28,566 nucleotides of DNA from a virus (lineage: Duplodnaviria > Caudoviricetes): positions 1-28,566 of IMG/VR virus record IMGVR_UViG_3300037483_000791. One strand, written 5' to 3'. Both the position numbers and the translations under genes were made by a program. The notes beneath the pieces are model-generated. The model made no database searches, was not told the DNA's origin, and saw only the letters and a list, made by a program, of their open reading frames with translations. Positions within the stretch are counted from its first letter, which is position 1, and each line of letters starts with the position of its first letter. Positions 1 to 7,738 of this stretch are shown here, one piece after another.

Positions 1-184
1 CCATGTAACTGCGTGGAGTAAGGGTGGTAAAACAGCACCTAAGAACTGTGAGATGTTGTGTAAGACCCATAATCGAGCAAAAGGGAATCGATGATGTGTG
101 GTTTTTTCTCCGCTTCGCTACGAAAACGATTTATTTATAAGGGGAATAAGAATACAATTACTACGGTTGGACTGTTAACGAACT

Positions 185-1399
185 ATGGCAAACAAGAATC
201 TTACAAACGCAAAACGAGTAAAAAACGACGAGTTTTATACTCAATACGGTGATATCCAGAAAGAGATTGAAGCGTATCTGGATTACAATCCCAACGTTTT
301 CCGTGGCAAAGTGGTGTATTGCAATTGCGACGATCCATACGAGAGCAATTTCTTTCGCTATTTCGTGCTCAATTTCAACAAGCTAGGGTTGAAACAACTT
401 ATCACCACTAGTTACAAACCTTCACCCGTGGCTAATCTGGAGCTGCCTTTGTATGGCGATAGCAAACCTCCTACGAAATCAAATGGCCGTTCAAAGGTAA
501 CCGCCAACAAGATTATAATCAATGAAGTGCATGACGTGGATGGCGACGGTGAATTCAACCTAAAGGATATTGCGAAACAGTTAAGGTTAAACAAACACAA
601 CGAATGGACGCCGCTTGATGGCGATGGTGATTTCAGAAGCCCCGAGTGCGTGAAATTATTGGAGCAATCAGATATTGTGGTAACAAATCCGCCGTTCAGC
701 TTGTTCCGCGAATTCGTTCAGAAACTTTTTGATTACAACAAAAAGATTGTGATTATCGGTAGCATGAATGCGATTACTTACAAAGAGATTTTCCCACTAA
801 TCAAAAATAATAAGTTGTGGTTGGGTAATGGTTTCCATGCTGGTAATGCATATTTTTATACACCAAATACTCGCGATTTTGCTTCAGGGGTTTTTGATAC
901 AAAAACGGGGTTGGTAAAGTTTCGTAATGTTTGCTGGTTTACGAACATAGATCATGGCAGGCGTCATAAACCATTGCCGCTTATGACAATGGAAGAAAAT
1001 TTGAAATACAGCAAACACAAAGAAATTAAAGGTAAAAATGCGTATGAGAGATATGATAATTATGATGCCATCGAAGTACCATTTACCGACTCTATTCCCA
1101 GTGATTATGATGGGGTAATGGGGGTACCAAAAAGTTTTTTGGACAAATATAATCCAGACCAATTTGAGATTCTTGGTTATGATAAAAGCCATGATCTTAG
1201 GACAAAAGTTTACCCCAAACAGCAACAAATAGATAAAGATGGTAAGAAGAGTAATGTCACAAAGCTGAACGATGGTGGTGCTATAAAAGTCTCATCAAAA
1301 CCTGACGACATGACTTACTACGTAGTTGATAATGAGTATTATATACAAGCGTTCAGTAGGATCTTCATTAAGCATAAAAACCATCCAAATGATAACTAG
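185..1399 (+). CDS. Adenine-specific DNA methyltransferase, EcoRI-methylase family (orphan in this window)
   Basis: 404 aa; N-terminal KNDEFYT and VYCNCDDP, GDFRS..C and catalytic VVTNPPFS motif typical of this family; visibly AT-richer than the rest of the window. Confidence 0.9.
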   Translation: MANKNLTNAKRVKNDEFYTQYGDIQKEIEAYLDYNPNVFRGKVVYCNCDDPYESNFFRYFVLNFNKLGLKQLITTSYKPSPVANLELPLYGDSKPPTKSNGRSKVTANKIIINEVHDVDGDGEFNLKDIAKQLRLNKHNEWTPLDGDGDFRSPECVKLLEQSDIVVTNPPFSLFREFVQKLFDYNKKIVIIGSMNAITYKEIFPLIKNNKLWLGNGFHAGNAYFYTPNTRDFASGVFDTKTGLVKFRNVCWFTNIDHGRRHKPLPLMTMEENLKYSKHKEIKGKNAYERYDNYDAIEVPFTDSIPSDYDGVMGVPKSFLDKYNPDQFEILGYDKSHDLRTKVYPKQQQIDKDGKKSNVTKLNDGGAIKVSSKPDDMTYYVVDNEYYIQAFSRIFIKHKNHPNDN

Positions 1400-1541
1400 T
1401 TTAAAGACCAGGCTATCTCGGATGCCTCAAGGTCGGATACGGCGCACCCGGTCCGACGTTCGTACCAGCTTTTCATGGATTCTACGCTTTGGTGCACGGA
1501 CGCTCCACCTCCTTTTATGAGGTGGACGATTTTCGGCCAGC

Positions 1542-1570
1542 TTGTACCCTTATCTCCCACGTGCTACGAT
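1542..1570 (+). promoter_or_regulatory. Putative sigma70 promoter
   Basis: TTGTAC (1542-1547), 17 nt spacer, TACGAT (1565-1570) with extended -10 TG; upstream of ATG 1605. Confidence 0.5.
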
Positions 1571-1591
1571 AACTCTATACTTACCAGTAAG

Positions 1592-1600
1592 TTATCCACA
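1592..1600 (+). promoter_or_regulatory. Consensus DnaA box
   Basis: TTATCCACA exact match; two more exact boxes on the minus strand at 2161-2169 and 2220-2228. Confidence 0.5.
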
Positions 1601-1604
1601 CCCT

Positions 1605-1811
1605 ATGAAGAAGCAGACCAAAGCAGAGAAGGACCAGGCCCGGATCTACGGCTATCTTCCATCAATCAAGGACAAGGTCAGATTCGAAAACAGGCTCAAT
1701 CGCGCTGGTCTCACAACCACCGACATCATCAGTGCAATGGCTCTCGATGTCGCCCGGATGTCCATCAGCGAACTCCGGCGCTTTTATGGTTCATTAACCG
1801 AAAAGAAATGA
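1605..1811 (+). CDS. Small basic protein, possible ribbon-helix-helix DNA-binding regulator
   Basis: MKKQTKAEKDQARIYGYLPS... 68 aa; short beta-like segment followed by two helices; TGA overlaps next ATG (ATGA). Confidence 0.55.
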   Translation: MKKQTKAEKDQARIYGYLPSIKDKVRFENRLNRAGLTTTDIISAMALDVARMSISELRRFYGSLTEKK

Positions 1812-2119
1812 CCGGCTTCAATGACTTAGCGAAAACCGAGGAGGAAATGGTCCGCGAGGAAGGATTCGCCGCGGGCTACCAAACTCGCGTCGTACAGGCC
1901 GAGTTCCTGGAGAATACGACCATCGAGGATATGACGGTCGGCTTCTTCTTTCGGAGGAGGCGTAATCAGCGAGAGTACCATCGACTTTTCAACGAGAATC
2001 ACTATACTCAGACCCGGAAGAACATCGACGTAGACTTCCCGCCTATCGCCGGGAAGAATGGTGAATTTCACCCCGAAGACTACAACGACCTAGGCCAGCG
2101 TTACCCGCTGGAATCATGA
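1808..2119 (+). CDS. Hypothetical protein (103 aa)
   Basis: 3' part of ORF 1475..2119; start at 1808 chosen for the ATGA overlap with the upstream gene. Confidence 0.6.
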   Translation: MTGFNDLAKTEEEMVREEGFAAGYQTRVVQAEFLENTTIEDMTVGFFFRRRRNQREYHRLFNENHYTQTRKNIDVDFPPIAGKNGEFHPEDYNDLGQRYPLES

Positions 2120-2136
2120 ACGAAGCGCGCTGTCTC

Positions 2137-2273
2137 GGCTGGAGCAGGCGACTTCGGCCCTGTGGATAAATCGTATCGGACGGCTCACACGGCCGACACG
2201 AGGCCGAAATAGAGCCAAGTGTGGATAACTCCACGACTTGCGCGGCTCGACACCTGCTAGGCTCACGCCAGCC
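2137..2273 (+). ncRNA. Candidate multibranched structured RNA/DNA element
   Basis: Nested stems GGCTGG/CCAGCC, AGCAGG/CCTGCT, TTCGGCC/GGCCGAA, GAGCC/GGCTC, CAAGT-GTGGA/TCCAC-ACTTG. Confidence 0.45.
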
Positions 2274-2502
2274 CAAGTCTTCCCCCCATCCCCTCACGGT
2301 CCTGGGCTAACGGGTCTCGCTGAACGCTCACCCTAGAAGCCTTGGGCTGGCCTTCGCCCGAAGCCAGCCGATCCCGCGCGCAACAACAGAAGTAACCAGA
2401 ACCCTCATCTAACGGCATCCTTCCTGCCTGCATTTCCTCCGCCGCCGAAAATCAGACACCTAGTGACGGGGGGAACGAACCCCCTCGGAAACGGAGGAAA
2501 CC

Positions 2503-2769
2503 ATGATCATGAAGGCGAAGCGCAAGAAGAAGCAAATGGATCAGCTCATAACCGACCTGACGGCAGACCAGCTCAGAAAGCTCAAAGAAATTTTTCCTGT
2601 ATTTCAGGAGGCCGTCGGAGCCCTCGACCCGAAGGATCGGGGACAGCTCCTTAATAGCCTGCTCCTGATGGCTGATGAACCCAGGGACGACCTGTTCGAC
2701 AAGCTGATCGTCGTGACCGAGGACCTGGCAGAGATCCGGTCCAAGAGCGCAAGTCCATTCACAATCTAA
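2503..2769 (+). CDS. Hypothetical helical protein (88 aa)
   Basis: ORF preceded by a GGAGG SD. Confidence 0.7.
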   Translation: MIMKAKRKKKQMDQLITDLTADQLRKLKEIFPVFQEAVGALDPKDRGQLLNSLLLMADEPRDDLFDKLIVVTEDLAEIRSKSASPFTI

Positions 2770-2782
2770 CTAGGAGGAACTC

Positions 2783-2932
2783 TTGCGCAACAAGAAAAGA
2801 AAGTGGCTCGAGAAGTGTCCGCACTGCAGGAAGGATTTGAAGAAGAAGAAAGATCAAGGCATTGCCATGATCGTAACCGACCAGCTCTTCGGGATTCCCG
2901 GTTGGAACAAGAAAAAGAAGGAGAAGAAATGA
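2783..2932 (+). CDS. Small Lys-rich protein with CPHC (49 aa)
   Basis: AGGAGG at 2772-2777, TTG start, translated by hand MRNKKRKWLEKCPHCRKDLKKKK...; not in the supplied ORF track. Confidence 0.55.
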   Translation: MRNKKRKWLEKCPHCRKDLKKKKDQGIAMIVTDQLFGIPGWNKKKKEKK

Positions 2933-3164
2933 GCCCCACCCTCCCGTGCGCTTCGCTCCCTCTACAAGGAGTCCCGCAAAGCGGGACGCGCCGAAGGACA
3001 CTGCGGGGGAGGCGTGTTACCGCTCGCTCGACCACCAGTCCAAGGTAGTACCGAAGCGGTCTCCACCTTGACTGAGGTCTCGACTCGCTGGCCTTTGAGA
3101 CAGGCCTTCGGGCTTGAGGCCCTCAGCCGATGGCACTAATCAAGGGGGCTAGGGAGTACCAACC

Positions 3165-3323
3165 ATGCGGTACAAACTCATCACCATTGTCAGGCACGAT
3201 TGGGCAACCTTCCGTGTACCGGAGGATTGCGCGGGCCAGGATATCCAGTCCATAACCCGTCACGAACGAGTCGAGGATTATTCCGACGACTGGGAAGTGG
3301 CTTGGGAGGAGGACCAAATATGA
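3165..3323 (+). CDS. Small acidic hypothetical protein (52 aa)
   Basis: GGGAG SD, MRYKLITIVRHDWATFRVPEDC...WEEDQI; ATGA overlap with next gene; not in the ORF track. Confidence 0.6.
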   Translation: MRYKLITIVRHDWATFRVPEDCAGQDIQSITRHERVEDYSDDWEVAWEEDQI

Positions 3324-3484
3324 GGTTCGTTATCCAGCTTGGCTCACGTCGCTGCCGAATCTGCGACGACAAGAGTGGCAAGTATGCCCTATGTATGGCT
3401 TGTTACCGGGGCCAGAAGGTCGTCACCCAGATTCGCCGCGACAACGAGGAGGAGGGCCGCAAGGCCCGCTTACGTCGGAGGTAA
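3320..3484 (+). CDS. Small zinc-finger-like protein (54 aa)
   Basis: GGAGGAGG SD; CRIC...CMAC; 3' part of ORF 3200..3484. Confidence 0.6.
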   Translation: MRFVIQLGSRRCRICDDKSGKYALCMACYRGQKVVTQIRRDNEEEGRKARLRRR

Positions 3485-3573
3485 CCGACCCCGGCCGACC
3501 ATGGGGAAGCTAGGCGCCCACAGCCGGAAGTGGAGGACACAGCGTCCCGAACGTGGTCGGTCAGGGTCGGTTA
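3482..3573 (+). ncRNA. Candidate structured RNA with ~21-bp closing stem
   Basis: TAACCGACCC(3482-91)/GGGTCGGTTA(3564-73) perfect, then C-A mismatch, then GGCCGACCATG/CGTGGTCGGTC with 2 G-U; internal hairpins CCAC/GTGG and GGAC/GTCC. Confidence 0.55.
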
Positions 3574-3632
3574 TCTCCTTGTGGCTGAGTCACCCGGCGC
3601 ACTGTTTCTTACCCGCCCACCCACCCAATAAA

Positions 3633-4139
3633 ATGGATATCATCGAACCACATCACCAGATTAGTCGAGACGTTACCGAGGACGACATTCCGCGCGTTCT
3701 GTCCGAGGCTGAGCAGATGCTTGACCTTGTGGCTGAGCTTGTCGCCGACAGAGTATTCGCGAACATCTTTGCGCTCGCGCACTCTCAAGTCGAGAAGGAC
3801 GACCCGCTACGGTTCTTTGTCCTCAATCCGGCGCACCCTTACATCAAGGATAACTGGAACTTGGCCGAGCATGGATTTCTGGTTTTGAATCCGTCTATTA
3901 CCCGGCATACGAAAACCACAGTGGAACGAGCCGAAGGCTGCGTGACGTTTTCAGGACGTACGGCCGCGATCATTGAGCGCTGGAACAAATGCGAAGTCGA
4001 GTTCCGTCCCGTGCTCAGCGCCGACTCAGTTCTCGCTGCAGCTCCGATCCACCTCAGCCTATCTTCGCTGATGGCCCAAGTGTTTCAGCATGAAATCGAC
4101 CACATGGAAGCTAAGTACGTCTATGAACATCACGGCTAA
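3633..4139 (+). CDS. def: Peptide deformylase (phage-encoded)
   Basis: EGCVT (EGCLS motif II), QHEIDH (motif III), VLNP, degenerate motif I FALAHSQ; start at MDIIEP after an A/C-rich leader. Confidence 0.88.
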   Translation: MDIIEPHHQISRDVTEDDIPRVLSEAEQMLDLVAELVADRVFANIFALAHSQVEKDDPLRFFVLNPAHPYIKDNWNLAEHGFLVLNPSITRHTKTTVERAEGCVTFSGRTAAIIERWNKCEVEFRPVLSADSVLAAAPIHLSLSSLMAQVFQHEIDHMEAKYVYEHHG

Positions 4140-4482
4140 CGACATCGCTATCTTTCGAGAACTACTGCTCTCCCAGGTGTCCTCTCTCCAGCAGCGTCAG
4201 GACACGGAGATTGCCCGCATGAAAGCGCTTGTACTGGAACCACGGGACGCCGATTACCTGCTCGTCGAGTCGGTCAAGCAGGGAGTTCTTCCGGCCTCGA
4301 ATCTGCCAAAGGTGGTCGAAGCGTGGGAGAATCCCAAATACCCGCCTTTTGAGCCTAGAACCGCCTGGTCCCTCTACAACGCATTCAGCGAAGTTGAGAA
4401 GTCCAGGAGCCCCAGGTTGCAGATGCAGAACACCCTTGCTCTTTCCCGCCTGTTCCGCGAGGAGCTGGCCACAATCAACTAA
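4123..4482 (+). CDS. DUF932-like protein, C-terminal helical part only
   Basis: F..RTAWSLYNAFSE motif resembles the DUF932 C-terminus; only 119 aa. Confidence 0.5.
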   Translation: MNITANDIAIFRELLLSQVSSLQQRQDTEIARMKALVLEPRDADYLLVESVKQGVLPASNLPKVVEAWENPKYPPFEPRTAWSLYNAFSEVEKSRSPRLQMQNTLALSRLFREELATIN

Positions 4483-4665
4483 TTAACCTACCCAGCAGCT
4501 CTCATGTCGAGGACTGCTTTCCTTGACAGAATTCTAAATCCCTGGCTTCAGTAAAGGCATAGGTTCAGTCTTCCGAGGAGCCTTCCAAGGTTCCATATCA
4601 AACCAATGGGAACGTCCGTCACGAAATCAGCGGAGGTTCCTCAGAAGCCTTAACCAATCAATTCT

Positions 4666-4950
4666 ATGATAGAAGCACCTAGTTTCGTGCCCCCAATTCT
4701 CTCGCTCTTTGTTTCCCTAGGGCTGCCTTGGCTTATTCAGTTCGTAGCCAAGTCAACCAACCGTTTCCTCAACTGGACGGTCGCACTCGTATCCTCAGCA
4801 ATCCTCGGCGGCCTCTCAGCACTTGTAGCAGGCGATTTCAGCGCGGATGTATGGGCAAGCCTTACCGTGGCGATAACGGCCACGCAGGGGGCGTATAACC
4901 TGTATTGGAAGGACCGCCTCCGTGGAACGCCTTCAGGACCTACTGGTTAG
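4666..4950 (+). CDS. Holin-like membrane protein
   Basis: 94 aa with about three hydrophobic segments; LPWLIQFV...TQGAYNLYWK pattern resembles small phage holins. Confidence 0.6.
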   Translation: MIEAPSFVPPILSLFVSLGLPWLIQFVAKSTNRFLNWTVALVSSAILGGLSALVAGDFSADVWASLTVAITATQGAYNLYWKDRLRGTPSGPTG

Positions 4951-4969
4951 ACTCCTCGTCTATCCGACA

Positions 4970-5074
4970 ATGTTGTTCATGGCTTTGGTCGTTTTCACGC
5001 TTGAGTTCTGGCGATACGTTCGCTGGCTGCTGATTCTCCTAGGACTCTGGTACCTTGTAAGCCTATTCGTCTGA
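4970..5074 (+). CDS. Small membrane peptide (34 aa)
   Basis: MLFMALVVFTLEFWRYVRWLLILLGLWYLVSLFV; fills the gap after the holin-like gene; not in the ORF track. Confidence 0.45.
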   Translation: MLFMALVVFTLEFWRYVRWLLILLGLWYLVSLFV

Positions 5075-5204
5075 GGTCCGTGCAATCGGGTTCGGTGTTT
5101 CCCGTGGTGGTTAACACCGAGCGCCATTACGCAACTTTCCGTCTTTGCCGACACTTAAGACGGTGAGGGTTCGGGTAAGCCCCGGACCCGATCGTACGAA
5201 CCCC
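5075..5204 (+). ncRNA. Candidate structured leader of the packaging operon
   Basis: 21-nt arms 5075-5095 and 5182-5202 pair (2 G-U, 2 A-C); inner hairpins TCGGTGTT/AACACCGA and CCGTCTT/AAGACGG. Confidence 0.55.
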
Positions 5205-5205
5205 T

Positions 5206-5424
5206 ATGCCGTCCGCCAATCCCAACCCGTTCACCGAAACCCGCTTCGTCCTCAGACTTGACAACCAGGTCCTATACGGTCCGTCCCGGCAGGAATTGAG
5301 ACACACCTTCTTCAGGGCTGTGGATCAGCTGTGGGACGAGGTTGTAAGGCGCCGACGAGCCTATCTCATTGACTCATCACAAGAATGCCCAAAATTAAAG
5401 AAGAATACGGTCAATCACTCTTAA
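5206..5424 (+). CDS. Hypothetical protein (72 aa)
   Basis: ORF track; first gene ahead of the terminase cluster. Confidence 0.55.
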   Translation: MPSANPNPFTETRFVLRLDNQVLYGPSRQELRHTFFRAVDQLWDEVVRRRRAYLIDSSQECPKLKKNTVNHS

Positions 5425-5651
5425 TTCCCTTGTTTTGCCCGAAATGCAAACGCCAAGTCGCGGTTACTGATCGTTTGCCGGGGAAAGGACCGATGCACAC
5501 GGAAAAGGATATCACCCTGATGGATGGTAGAACCCCCAGTGACGTATCCCGCCTGGTCTGCAAATCCTGCTTCCAAGTGTTTCCTTATATCGCCGCCAAA
5601 TTACCCCATTGGATTTATGACACAGCAACCACCAAAGCCCAAGAAGCTTGA
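5385..5651 (+). CDS. Zinc-ribbon protein (88 aa)
   Basis: CPKC...CKSC pairs. Confidence 0.6.
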   Translation: MPKIKEEYGQSLLIPLFCPKCKRQVAVTDRLPGKGPMHTEKDITLMDGRTPSDVSRLVCKSCFQVFPYIAAKLPHWIYDTATTKAQEA

Positions 5652-6099
5652 GCTGACCCAAAAGCAGCGTAGTTTTGTTAAGGGATTAGCCCAAGGCAAG
5701 ACGAAAAAGAAGGCTGCCGAAGATGCAGGATATAGTCCGAAGAGTGCTCAGTCCCAGGCCAGTGAGAACCTCAGAAAACCTAATGTTAGAGAGGTTTTTC
5801 TGAGGGCTATGGACAAAGCGGGCATTACCGACGAGAAGCTTGCGACGGTCATGAGTGAAGGGTTGGAAGCCAAGAGAGCTATCTCAGCAGTGGTCGGAAA
5901 TGATGCCACAGGAAAGACGATGGACTTTATTGACGTACCAGACCACAACGCACGACATCGATTCTTTGACTCAGCAGCCAAAATCAAGGGACTGGAAGCC
6001 CCGAAAGAAATCAACGCGAAGGTGACCGGCAACCTAGAAGACACATTAAACCAACTGGATGAAGGACAAACACAAGGCGATCCTTCGGAGGCTTCGTGA
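5617..6099 (+). CDS. terS: Terminase small subunit
   Basis: LTQKQRSFV...AAEDAGYSPKSAQSQASENLRKPNV HTH signature; directly upstream of and overlapping terL. Confidence 0.9.
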   Translation: MTQQPPKPKKLELTQKQRSFVKGLAQGKTKKKAAEDAGYSPKSAQSQASENLRKPNVREVFLRAMDKAGITDEKLATVMSEGLEAKRAISAVVGNDATGKTMDFIDVPDHNARHRFFDSAAKIKGLEAPKEINAKVTGNLEDTLNQLDEGQTQGDPSEAS

Positions 6100-7735
6100 C
6101 GACCCCGAGTTCTACTTGGAGCGGCTTCTGTGGATCAAGACCGACCCGCCCGAGGAGAAGCTCGCTCCGTTCAAGCTCCGGCCGATTCAACGGGAGTATC
6201 TTCGAGATACCCTTCAGCGCCGCGCGCAGGGCAATCCCGTCCGCGACGTCATCCTGAAAGCCAGGCAAGTCGGTTTCTCCACGCTTTCCAGCGGTATTAT
6301 CTTTCAGGATACGGCTACTCATAAGAACGCCGATTCGCTCATCCTCTGCTATGACGAGGACTCAACCGCTCTGCTGTTCGAGAAATCCCGCCTGTTCTAC
6401 GAAACCCTGCCGGACGCCTTGAAGCCTATGAAACGATATTCAAATCGCAGAGAACTTGTCTTTGAGAACCCGGACGAGTCAGCCAGGGCTGAACGGCCCG
6501 GCCTACGCTCCTCAATCCGAGTCGCTCTGGCCCGGAACTACAAAGCCGGCCGTTCCCGCACTCTGAAGCACGTCCACCTTTCGGACGCGGCTTTCTTCGA
6601 CCACCTGAAGGCGCTGATTCAAAGCGTCCTGCCCGCGATACCACAACGGCCGGAAACGTCCCTATTCATCGAGTCATCCCCGAACGTCTTTGGCGACGAC
6701 TTCCATAAGTTCTACAACGCGGCCAAGAGAGGGGAAAACGGCTTTCGGGCAGTGTTCTTTCCGTGGTTTCGCGAGCCTAAGTACACCCGGCCGTTTACGG
6801 ATGAAGCCGAGCGAAGGACGTTCCTTGATTCCCTGACCGAGGATGAGGACGCTGTCCGGAATGCGCACGCTCTTACAGGTGAGCAGCTGCATTGGCGAAG
6901 GCTCACATCAGCCCAGTACGACTCACTCGCCCATTTTCTGTCTCAATACCCTGAAAACGACATTGACTGCTTCCTTTCGGCCGGACGCACCGTATTCTCG
7001 AAAGACAAGCTCCGGCTGTACTACGAAGCCACGGAGAAGACCGAACCGAAGCTTAGGGGCGACCTGCACGAGAACGACGAAGGCGCGATCCGCTTTGAGA
7101 AGAACCCCGAAGGCAGCCTGAAAATCTGGGTGCTGCCAATCGCCGGCCGCCGCTACGCCATAGGCGGAGACGTGGCCGAGGGCCTGCAGGGCGGCGACTA
7201 CTCCTGCGCCGAGGTTGTGGATATTCAGTCTCTAGAACAAGTGGCCGAGTGGCACGGCCATATCGACCCCGATTTGTTCGGCGACGTGCTCTACCGCCTC
7301 GGCTGGTACTACAACCAGGCCGTTATCGGGCCTGAAGTCAACGACCCCGGGCTCACGACCATCACGAGCCTCAAGAAACGTTACGGCCGTATCTTCACGC
7401 GGAGAGTGCCGAATCGCATTGATCCTTCAAAGACCGACGTCCGGTTGGGCTGGCGGACGAATACATCCACGAAAGACCTGATGGAGAACTACGGGCGCCA
7501 GCTTATGCGCGAAGACGGCCTGACTATCCGTTCCCGCGCCCTTGTCGAGGAGCTGTTATCATACGTCGTGCACGAGGACGGCTCGACAGGCGCTAACGTT
7601 TCGTGCTTTGATGATAGAGTAATAGCTTTTCTTATCGCCTTGCAGATTGCCCGCCAGCACCGCATTGATGACGTAGACGTCCACGAGCTCCGAAAAGCCA
7701 AGCGGAGGGTATTACTTAGCCAATTTTCAGAATAG
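6059..7735 (+). CDS. terL: Terminase large subunit
   Basis: ILKARQVGFST Walker A, HLSDAAF Walker B region, FIESSPN coupling motif, RNase H-like nuclease GGDVAEG...EVN...DDRVIA. Confidence 0.95.
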   Translation: MKDKHKAILRRLRDDPEFYLERLLWIKTDPPEEKLAPFKLRPIQREYLRDTLQRRAQGNPVRDVILKARQVGFSTLSSGIIFQDTATHKNADSLILCYDEDSTALLFEKSRLFYETLPDALKPMKRYSNRRELVFENPDESARAERPGLRSSIRVALARNYKAGRSRTLKHVHLSDAAFFDHLKALIQSVLPAIPQRPETSLFIESSPNVFGDDFHKFYNAAKRGENGFRAVFFPWFREPKYTRPFTDEAERRTFLDSLTEDEDAVRNAHALTGEQLHWRRLTSAQYDSLAHFLSQYPENDIDCFLSAGRTVFSKDKLRLYYEATEKTEPKLRGDLHENDEGAIRFEKNPEGSLKIWVLPIAGRRYAIGGDVAEGLQGGDYSCAEVVDIQSLEQVAEWHGHIDPDLFGDVLYRLGWYYNQAVIGPEVNDPGLTTITSLKKRYGRIFTRRVPNRIDPSKTDVRLGWRTNTSTKDLMENYGRQLMREDGLTIRSRALVEELLSYVVHEDGSTGANVSCFDDRVIAFLIALQIARQHRIDDVDVHELRKAKRRVLLSQFSE

Positions 7736-7738
7736 CCT

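Noticed and set aside
1475-1807. N-terminal half of the 214-aa ORF
   Set aside because: Overlaps a promoter, hairpins and a better ORF in another frame; ATGA coupling points to 1808
2803-3048. 81-aa plus-strand ORF and overlapping minus-strand ORFs
   Set aside because: Low-complexity translations across hairpins; the SD-led TTG ORF at 2783 fits better
3339-3632. N-terminal extension of the peptide deformylase ORF
   Set aside because: Runs through another gene and a structured gap; the domain begins at ATG 3633
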